In this document: in pieces, positions 43,685 through 52,929 of the stretch
How the letters are laid out: each line of letters opens with the position of its first letter
How positions within the stretch are numbered: position 1 is the stretch's first letter
Source: Eledone cirrhosa
Lineage: Eukaryota
NCBI GenBank assembly: GCA_964016885.1
Contig: CAXHJY010000263.1
Coordinates: 1 to 52,929, forward strand
Length of the DNA stretch: 52,929 bases
Direction of reading: 5' to 3'
Program-made: the position numbers and the translations under genes
Notes under the pieces: generated by a model
Told to the model about the DNA's origin: nothing
The model's input: the letters and a program-made list of their open reading frames with translations, nothing else
Databases searched by the model: none

Positions 43685-44510
43685 TGTAATTTTTCAAGAG
43701 AAAAGCGATTTTGTGCTTGTAATATGAAAATAGTTCTATTTTTATGTTGATGATATTTTGAATGGCTCCTTTCTCAGAGATACAGAGAAGGCAGCATTTA
43801 GGATCAGGGATGCAGAACTTTGCTGTGTGGTGTAATTAAGTCTTTAGATATAAACGTATTTAGCGTATCTAATGTTTGATCTTTTGTTGGAAGTTCTGTG
43901 TGCGTTTGTGTGCTGAGCAAGACGGAGTTTGAATTATTTTAGGGTAATGCCAATGTAATATCTATCCGAAATGTAAGTGGTAATTTAACTGATTGAACTG
44001 TGTCTTTGTAGAAACATTTATTTCTAAGTGGGCAGTTACGTGGTTTTCAACAGCTACAAAATCTAGTGTTAGTGTTTATGTGAAGTGTGTCATGTTTTTT
44101 TTGTTGATTTTTTTTTTTTTTTTGCAATTATTGTTATAGTGAAGTTTGGGGTGAATTGTAGAAGACTTTGAACGAGTTAGTTCGAAGGTAGAATGATATT
44201 TGTGCGAAGAAGAATTGCTTTTCGACAATTGTAAGGAAGTATTTGGTAATAGGTGTGATTATTTGGATGTTGGAAGGGGCTTGTACAAAGTGACTTTTTT
44301 CCTGTTTCTGTAATATGATTATGGGTTTGCTGGGATATATGTTATCTGTTATTTAAAACTCTTCACTGCCAAATGGATGAGTATAAGTATGTGCGCATGT
44401 TTGATTTGTGATCTTAGAAAGTTATAGGTGGATTTTGTTTTGGGGGAGGGTTAGTATTAGTTCTACTCAATTTTGGATCTTTTCTGACAATTGGCGCAAT
44501 TTCTGTGTTT
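43685..44510 (-). pseudogene. Decayed Penelope-like element ORF: RT thumb/linker plus GIY-YIG endonuclease
   Basis: Minus-strand remnants RNRKKVTLYKP..ITKYFLTIVEKQF..NSFKVFY, CSC*KPRNCPLRNKC, YYIGITLK*FKLRLAQH and KCCLLCISEKGAI match PLE motifs RKR.IIWFNPP, CNC..CPL..C, YIG.T..FK.R..H and C.LCL.EK. Confidence 0.75.
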
Positions 44511-44540
44511 ATGTAAACAAAATATTATACAATATGTACG

Positions 44541-44632
<92 letters not shown>

Positions 44633-45179
44633 TATATATATAACAGGGGACAATCTCTTCTTCAGTTGTCTGCTGGAGGTCACGGACATTTCAACGCATT
44701 AACGATAATAAGTCTAACTCCAGTGCGTCAATAACTTGTGGAAATTATTGGGGGGAGAAAAAAAGGAGAGAGAAAGAAAAATTAAACAGAAGGGAAAAAA
44801 GGAAAAAATAAACGCAGAGAATATACCGAAGAAGGGGGGGGGGGGAGAAGCACATGTATGTAAGTAACCGAGAGAGAGAGAAGTCAAAGCAGTTACTGAA
44901 CACATATGTGTGTGTGTGAGTGTCAGATTGAAATTACGTCTACAGGACTAGCAAGGTTTCATTCAGTCAAAACCATTACTTTCCTCATTATTTCAAGCGA
45001 GTGAAACAGTGGTAGTCCTTTAGAAGTCATTTCCATCTGAAATATGTTATATAGCCTCTCTACATAATGTATTATGATTGAGTACCATATTTTACTGCTG
45101 TCTCTTTCCGTTCTTCTATCGAAAACCATTCTGTACACACCCATACTTTCACAGACACACAGACCTTCGCCTTCCACAC

Positions 45180-45224
<45 letters not shown>

Positions 45225-45230
<6 letters not shown>

Positions 45231-46036
45231 TATGTACACGTACATACATATATGTATACCGACGTACAGTAGTATGTATATATATATATACATACATGCA
45301 CACATATATATATGCACGTATGGATTCACCGAACATTTATTATAATGCTCGGTGTGTTTGTAAACAAACATCCCGTATTAAGCCGTAGTGTCTAGCAACC
45401 ACCGTTGCTCGTTTGTTCAACACTGACAAAGGAACGCTGTACTAGTTTCAAGCTTGTTAGCTATCGTCAGCACCGTATACCTTCCTGCCAGATTGTTGAA
45501 CGTATATACTTACCTTATGCATATTAACGGCTGAGTAGCCCAATTTGCATATCGAGTGGGTTAATCGGCCGGGTGCACCGAAAACGATAAACGGAAAAAG
45601 TGAAACGATATTTCATTTCCCACTCTTAGTACGGCTGTTACTTAAATATAAGTATGTACACGTACATACATATATGTATACCGACGTACAGTAGTATGTA
45701 TATATATATATATACATACATGCACACATATATATATGCACGTATGGATTCACCGAACATTTATTATAATGCTCGGTGTGTTTGTAAACAAACATCCCGT
45801 ATTAAGCCGTAGTGTCTAGCAACCACCGCTGCTCGTAACGAGCATTATAATAAACACACCGAGCATTATAATAAATGTTCGGTGAATCCATACGTGCATA
45901 TATATATGTGTGCATGTATGTATATATATACATACTACTGTACGTCGGTATACATATATGTATTTACGTGTACATACTTATATTTAAGTAACAGCCGTAC
46001 TAAGAGTGGGAAATGAAATATCGTTTCATTTTTTCC

Positions 46037-46042
<6 letters not shown>
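45225..46042. mobile_element. Retrozyme-like element: ~1.45 tandem copies of a ~422-bp unit plus an inverted partial copy
   Basis: 45225-45412 is repeated at 45647-45836; 45852-46042 is the reverse complement of 45587-45783. Flanked by (TA)n on both sides, with no ORF. Confidence 0.8.
45434..45476 (-). ncRNA. Minimal type I hammerhead ribozyme (canonical core)
   Basis: The minus strand reads acggtg-CTGACGA-t-agct-aaca-agct-t-GAAA-cta-GTA-cagcgt. Stem III is the palindrome ACTAGT, and 5 of 6 stem I positions pair. Confidence 0.8.
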
Positions 46043-46079
<37 letters not shown>

Positions 46080-46369
46080 GCGTAGACACTACAATACAGA
46101 CAATACAGCAGTGGAAACATGAAAATAGTACTACTGATGATGTTGCAGATGTGCAACGAAAGAACTTTGTTAGACTATATATATGTATTTATATCTGTAT
46201 TTTTTACCGTTGGTCAGTCAATGATAAACATTGATGGCCAAATGAATTAACTATGGAGATATAAAAGATACAGAAGCGAAAACCAACCAAACAGTGAGTG
46301 TGTTCTGTTATTATTTCTGGCAATATTATTACAACAATATGACCCTCCCCAACTATAACAATATATATA

Positions 46370-47163
46370 TATATATATAAAACAGAGAATGTCTGTCTGT
46401 CTGTTTCCCTAAAACTCGAGAACCACCCAACCGATTTTTTTAAAACTTTACACATGTGATACTTATGGTCGTGTGAGTGTTCTGAGCAAAACATATTTCA
46501 AATTTCCAATGCCCTAAGGACCGCATTAGGCGAAAAACCGCATATTTTAGGCTTTAAAGGCTTTTTTGAGGCACAACGGAACAATAACCCAGGCGATTGC
46601 TTCAAAATTTGCATTACTTATGTCGTTTCTCATTTTTGGCCCCAGGCGAAGAACCGATTTTTTAAAGTATTTTGGTTGCGTTAGGGCCTGTAAATCGAGA
46701 AGTACCCAACCGATTTTTTTAAAACTTTGCATATGCATTACTTATGTTTCACAAATTTTCTTGACTGACAAAGATTTCAAATGTTTGCCCGGAGACTGCA
46801 TTGTTTAGCATTTGGATTGCGTTAGGGCCCGTAACCTTAAAAGTATCCAACTAAATTCCTTCATGCTCTCCACCACTGCAGTCCCGCATGCTTACTGCTC
46901 TGTAGCTATTGCATACATGTTCGGTTTGTCGAATACCTTTTTACTTAACCCTATCGTCTTGGCTTTCGTGGGTTGAACAATTTACTCTCAGGCACCCAAT
47001 TAAGTTAAACCCCTAGTAATCTACGACGAATTTTTTTTATAAGCACAAAATGTAGACACCATCCCCAGGCCGAGGTATTCCGTACTTCTCTGTACTGTTT
47101 CAGAAAGAAGGGATAAACATGTCAATCTATGTTTAGAATCCCGAGCCACGCCGGGCCATTCTG

Positions 47164-47167
<4 letters not shown>
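46370..47167 (+). mobile_element. Non-autonomous Helitron, second copy
   Basis: Shares ccctaaaactcgagaa.tacccaaccgattttt with 39863. 3' hairpin cccg..cggg followed by CTAA (CTAG variant). Confidence 0.7.
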
Positions 47168-47210
<43 letters not shown>

Positions 47211-47241
47211 AGTGTAATTTTCTACACAAAACGAAGGTTAT

Positions 47242-47694
47242 AGAGAAAATTGAGGTTGGTAATGGCACATGGAATATATAAGAGACAGAATACTTTTTTG
47301 TGAAAAAACATATAATTTTATAAGGTAAGGAAATAATAAAGGGTATAAAAAATGACCGGTTTCGATGGGTCTGCAAAAGCCATCTTTTCAAATGTTGATT
47401 AATATTAAGAAAAATTAATAATACGAAGAGTTCAAATTTGAGATTTGAAAATTCAAGTATAAAATTCATTGTGGGATTTCATAGTAGTTTTCATCTAGGT
47501 AGCAACAACAAGTTGACTGCTGTGTCCCTACCAGAATATTAATCAACATTTGAAAAGATGGCTTTTGCAGACCCATCGAAACCGGTCATTATTTATACCC
47601 TTTATTATTTCCTTACCTTATAAAATTATATGTTTTTTCACAAAAAAGTATTCTGTCTCTTATATATTCCATGTGCCATTACCAACCTCAATTT

Positions 47695-47699
<5 letters not shown>
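47242..47699. mobile_element. Fold-back (arms ~165 bp, 128-bp spacer) with a hammerhead variant in each arm
   Basis: 47242-47406 versus 47535-47699. 47550-47587 reads TTGAAAA-gatgg..ccatc-GAAA-ccgGTC. Confidence 0.85.
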
Positions 47700-47726
<27 letters not shown>

Positions 47727-47731
<5 letters not shown>

Positions 47732-48125
47732 TAATAAGAGGAATTCCAACTTTGTCTGATTTACTCGTTTTATTTACAATCCTTTAAAATTTATAATGGT
47801 ATTATAACGAAATAGTATGATAGAATATTAAATGTTAAGTGTTAATTGAACAAGTACTTTCATACCTTTCGCAATCTTCAGGTTCATAATGTGTAGTGAC
47901 AGTCAAGTTTGCAATTTTCAACTGTTTGTAGTTAAAAATTGCAAACTTGATTGTCACTACACATTATGAACCTGAAGGTTGCGAAAGCATGAAAGTACTT
48001 GTTCAATTAAAACTTAACATTTAATATTCTATCATACTATTTCATTATAATACCATTATAAATTGTAAAGGATTGTAAATAAAACGAGTAAATCAGACAA
48101 AGTTGGAATTCCTCTTATTAATATA
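47727..48125. mobile_element. Fold-back (arms ~195 bp) with a hammerhead in each arm
   Basis: - strand 47847-47886: TGAAC-CTGAAGA-ttgcgaaaggtat-GAAA-gtaCTT-GTTCA. + strand 47967-48005: the same with CTGAAGG and stem II tgc-gaaa-gca. Confidence 0.85.
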
Positions 48126-48167
48126 ATCTTCTATACACAATCATAGACACCCGTGTATATTTATCTA

Positions 48168-48217
<50 letters not shown>

Positions 48218-48359
48218 ACAAATGAAAGAAGAGTTTGTGTATGTGAAAAGAGAGTTGGATTAACGTTAATATCATTATCTAATCAATAAGACATGTGCTT
48301 CTGCGTCTATGAAACTCTGAGTAATTGCCGTGTGAGTCACCTACTGCCCCCACACTATC

Positions 48360-48430
<71 letters not shown>

Positions 48431-48554
48431 CATATATGATTATATGTATCTATATGTATTAATGTATGTATGCATGTACCTCTGTATGTGCGTGTGTTGT
48501 ATAGTTATATATATATGTATATATGTTGTGTGTGTAGGAGAGAGGTAGAGAGAG

Positions 48555-48628
<74 letters not shown>

Positions 48629-49234
48629 GAGCGAGAGAGAGAGCGAGAGAGAGAGAGAGAATAATGTAGTTTTATTCATATATAGTTTATATCATTTTTT
48701 TTTACTGAAGAGAAAGGAAAAAGTGGGGAAAGCACAAGTCGGTTTTCTTCTCTCCGATGAAAAATGATAAATAAGCTAGAAACACCCCATTCTCTCATTC
48801 AGCGTCAAACTAATATATATTTTTATCGTCTAACTATTTTGTACCTGTTTGTATTGTGCTGTTCAATATATTTTCTCCACGCTGAGACGGACAAATTCAG
48901 AGACATTTATTCCGATTATCTGCTGGATAAACAATATAGCTTACATGGAATGTATTATGTTTGCGAGTAAATGTGTGTGTGTGTGTGTGTGTGTGTTTTG
49001 TGTGTGTGTGTCTGAGTGTGAAATCGGGAGGAACAAAACTCCAAAATGTGTATAAAGTGGTGTTTAATTTATTATAGATGCGAACCTATACCAACTACTT
49101 GAGGGTCAGAAATTTCGGGCTTAATACGCACTTTTCAAACAATTTGTGAAGAGTGCATTGACCACAAAGCCCTGATGTAGCTTGGCAGATATAATATATA
49201 TGTATGTATATATGTATATATATGTATATATATG

Positions 49235-49330
<96 letters not shown>

Positions 49331-49819
49331 CGTGTGTAGTTGAAAAGGGGTGTAGCTTTTCATACAAATCGAAAATTAATGGTAAATATTTAAAGAGAAA
49401 AGCCACAGAGCTATCGTTATAGAATATTTTTCTTTAAGCTGACAGCAAATTATAATTGTTACATTAAATGGATTTAAAGTTTCTCATATATTGCCGGTTT
49501 CGATTGGTATGTCAATTTTATCAAATATTAAAAAATGTTCTTCCCATATTCTATGGGAAGTTAGAAGGTACGTGAATTGGCTGTCAAAATCTCTCCTTAC
49601 ATATATGTTTTTTTTATGAAGGTGGGGTGGTGGATATGGGATTCAACAGGTTAAGATTCATTTGATTCGCTAGAACATTCACTTGATTTAAAAAGAACAT
49701 TCCTTTTCTATTAAGAACAATGGTTCAAATGGCATTTTATTGTTCTGTAGTGTGTGTGTGTGTGTGGGGGGGTACCGTTGTGCCAAGAGTTTGAGTTATT
49801 TTCAGAGTATATATATATA

Positions 49820-49974
49820 GTAATAATAATAAATGTGAAGACTAAAATCCAAAGAGGGTTCGATGCGGATAAATATATATCAAATATATAAGAACCCCAG
49901 AGCAAATATTTATAAAAATAACAGATTAAAGTTTAAGCAAAGAATCGCTGCATCCACCCTTAACGGGATCTTCA
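49820..49974 (-). mobile_element. Family X fragment
   Basis: Same sequence as 36500-36656, ending at ...gggatcttca then (TA)n. Confidence 0.75.
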
Positions 49975-49985
49975 TATATATATTC

Positions 49986-50092
<107 letters not shown>

Positions 50093-50604
50093 AAGAAAAT
50101 GAGGCTTTTCTAAAAGCATTAGCGAAGTATTTGAAAGTGGTGCAACTGGAAATGGGAAAATGCACTCAAGCACAAATCATTCAGACATCTTGAAAGTCAT
50201 CTACAAGGAGATATTTACATACAACACTGCAATGTACACTAATGACCGCTCCTCTGCTAAATCTTTTTGAAAGGCACGAATATTAACTTTCCAAACCTGA
50301 AACCTAGGTTAACTTTCAAATCAATTGCATTTTCAATTTGAACCGCTTTAACGTATCATTTTACTCATAGAAAACAATTATTAAAATAATTTTAGAAAAG
50401 TAAAAAATTGATGATTTCGGAATTATAATTGCCTGACAAGCGATTTGTTCTGTGAGCGTGCGTTGAATCTGAGGCAATTACATAATGGGAGAGTTATTTT
50501 TGTCATTAAAAAACACACAGGACTTTTAAATTAACTTTTCATTTACTTTATGGTGTATACATACATACATACATAAATATATACATAAATATATATATAC
50601 ATAA

Positions 50605-50661
<57 letters not shown>

Positions 50662-50673
50662 CATATATATATA

Positions 50674-50747
<74 letters not shown>

Positions 50748-50896
50748 ATCTGAGTGTGTGTATGTATACACACACATGCACACACACACACGCATATATA
50801 TATATGTGTGTGTGTGTATATATATAAATAAAATTAGAATTTTATTTTTCGCCAGAGCATATAACGCATGCGTACATATGTATAGATGTGTATATA

Positions 50897-50928
<32 letters not shown>

Positions 50929-51391
50929 CACACAAAACTGTTAAAATTCATTTTACATTTATCATTTATTTCGTAGAGGTGTCAAAATAATCGTCGCATG
51001 TTTGCAAATTCATATTTCCTAAGGACTAGGCGAAGGTTGAAGGAAAATGTCGTGTGATTATTTATAGCGGCAAAATAATTCTTTCATGATAATAATTGTT
51101 GATTTTGTTTAACTCCGTAATATATCAAACTATAATGCAAAAGTCTAAAACTTGTTTTACATTGCTTCACATATATTTTCACTAATTTATTTCCAATTTG
51201 CATTATACTGGCTTTTTCTAAAATAAGTTTAACCCTATCTCACAATGCTTCTTCATATGAACGAAGTACAACACTCTATAAAAGAAAGTATTTTTCTCTC
51301 AAACCAAATCCAACACCGGGACCTGAAGTAAAATATTACTGTTTACTAATTCCATGTCGTTTCTTTCTTTTTTTTATCACTTTGTTTGCAG

Positions 51392-51623
51392 ACCACCGCA
51401 GTTGTTTAGAAGAGAGGGACGCTGCCATTAAGATCAACCGCGAGGAACCAAACGGTCAAACGTTCACACCAGAATGTACCCCAAACGGTAACTACAAAAA
51501 GACCCAGTGTTACAAACAATCTATGTTGGTGTGTAGAGGAAAACACGGGAAAGTCGATACATGCCACTTCATCCTTTAACAAGTCTCTCAACTGTGATAT
51601 GAAACCGGATCGGGAAATGAAAG
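51392..51623 (+). CDS. SMOC: Thyroglobulin type-1 domain exon of a SMOC/pentagone-like protein (1-nt frameshift in this sequence)
   Basis: Acceptor ttgcAG and donor AAG|GTAAAT. Reads HRSCLEERDAA...TFTPECTPNGNYKKTQCY, then in the +1 frame CWCVEENTGKSIHATSSFNKSLNCDMKPDREMK(G). All six TY cysteines, QC and CWCV are present; the TGKSI..TS and R.MKG ending resemble the second TY domain of invertebrate SMOC (from recall). Confidence 0.75.
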
Positions 51624-51929
51624 GTAAATCTAGCGACCCTGGTTCTCTTCTTCGTTGTTGTTGTTTTTGTGATGTGTTCTTTTTATTTTTATTTTTATTT
51701 TATTTTTTGCTGGCGTGTCTGTTTAAATTCAGATATATGTCGTTTCTGTAGTTGCTATACAGAGTGTCCCCCCAAAATGTATGGACATTTCAACAGCATT
51801 CTAATAAATATTGCCTGTAGAGGTAATCAAAGTGTGTATATATTTTTTGGAAACAACCTATATTATGGAGGGCTGGGCTGTCGATGTTCGTATTGATTTT
51901 GTTGTTGCTATTGTTGTTGTTGATATTGT

Positions 51930-52158
51930 TTAACCCTTTAATGTTCAAACCGGCCAAAACCGGCCAGAATTCTCTACCTTTTTTCTGTTGAAACTGGCTG
52001 TAACTGGTCGCTCAAACTGATGTTAACATATTGTTCTCAAAATAAATACTTTCAAAATCTCATAGATTCTATATTATGTGAGATAATTATGTGAGGTAAA
52101 GCCTTTACCATGAAAATATAATAATAAATATGGAGTAATGTGAATGCTAAAGGGTTAA
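51930..52158. mobile_element. piggyBac-type MITE
   Basis: TTAA-cccttta...taaaggg-TTAA. Confidence 0.8.
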
Positions 52159-52678
52159 ATCCGTGTATTTAATGTTTCTGTAGATGTTATATATTGTGGT
52201 GGCTGGGTTGTTGTTGATGTTGTTAGTGTGGTGGACGCTGTTGTTTTCATTAGCCATTCGAATAGTTCTCTTCGAGTGGTTGTTGCTGTTCCATACAGTG
52301 CAATTAATCTTTATATATGTTAGTGTGTGTGTGCATATGTGTGTTGGAGTATATACATGGATATGTGGATATGTAAAATAATTATTTTCTTATATTTATA
52401 TATATATGTTTGTTAATGTGTGTGTGTGTGTGTGGTGTGTGTGTGTGTTTGTATGTATTATATACATATGAAATAAGGATTATAATATATATATATATAT
52501 ATATTAAGAATTACACATATATATATCATGTATATGTGTATATAGTGATATATGTATATATATAAGAATTACAAGTATATATAGATATATAATTTATGTA
52601 TATATATATAGAGAGAGATATAAGAATTACACGTGTGTATATATATATATATATATTATTATATATACTATATAATAT

Positions 52679-52762
<84 letters not shown>

Positions 52763-52929
52763 TATATATATTTTATATATAAATGAAAAGTATTCGCTTG
52801 TTTATGAGTTTGCCTCTACTTGAGATAACGGTTGTCATTGACAGATGAGATCTTAAGTAGATGTAAGTTGGGGTGTATTATGATACTCTGTGCCGTCACA
52901 CTTGTTACATCTTTGCAAACACTGACATT

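Noticed and set aside
45518-45577. Possible twister ribozyme
   Set aside because: It has UAA and nested stems but lacks the conserved pseudoknot-forming segments; kept only as a hairpin.

Overview
AT-rich, microsatellite-saturated eukaryotic DNA. The repeat families and (TA)n/(CA)n/(CT)n density point to a coleoid cephalopod, probably Octopus (inference). Most listed ORFs are microsatellite artefacts. The window is probably the intronic interior of a + strand SMOC/pentagone-like gene, with one clear thyroglobulin type-1 exon at 51392-51623 (carrying a 1-nt frameshift) and a few candidate small linker exons. Repeats include RTE LINEs (one with a twin-priming-type 5' inversion), CRE-type restriction-like-endonuclease LINE fragments, a degenerate L1/Tx1-like LINE and a decayed Penelope-like element (PLE) GIY-YIG ORF. 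There are also two tRNA-headed SINE families, Helitron, hAT, Tc1/mariner and piggyBac-type non-autonomous elements, and an evolving 46-52 bp satellite. The most striking signal is at least ten short, ORF-less fold-back (inverted-repeat) elements sitting in or beside (TA)n tracts. Most carry a minimal type I hammerhead ribozyme (CUGANGA-stem II-GAAA-short palindromic stem III-NUH) in each arm, so on both strands. One is a ~422-bp tandem retrozyme-like unit. All structures were read by eye; none was folded or searched computationally.
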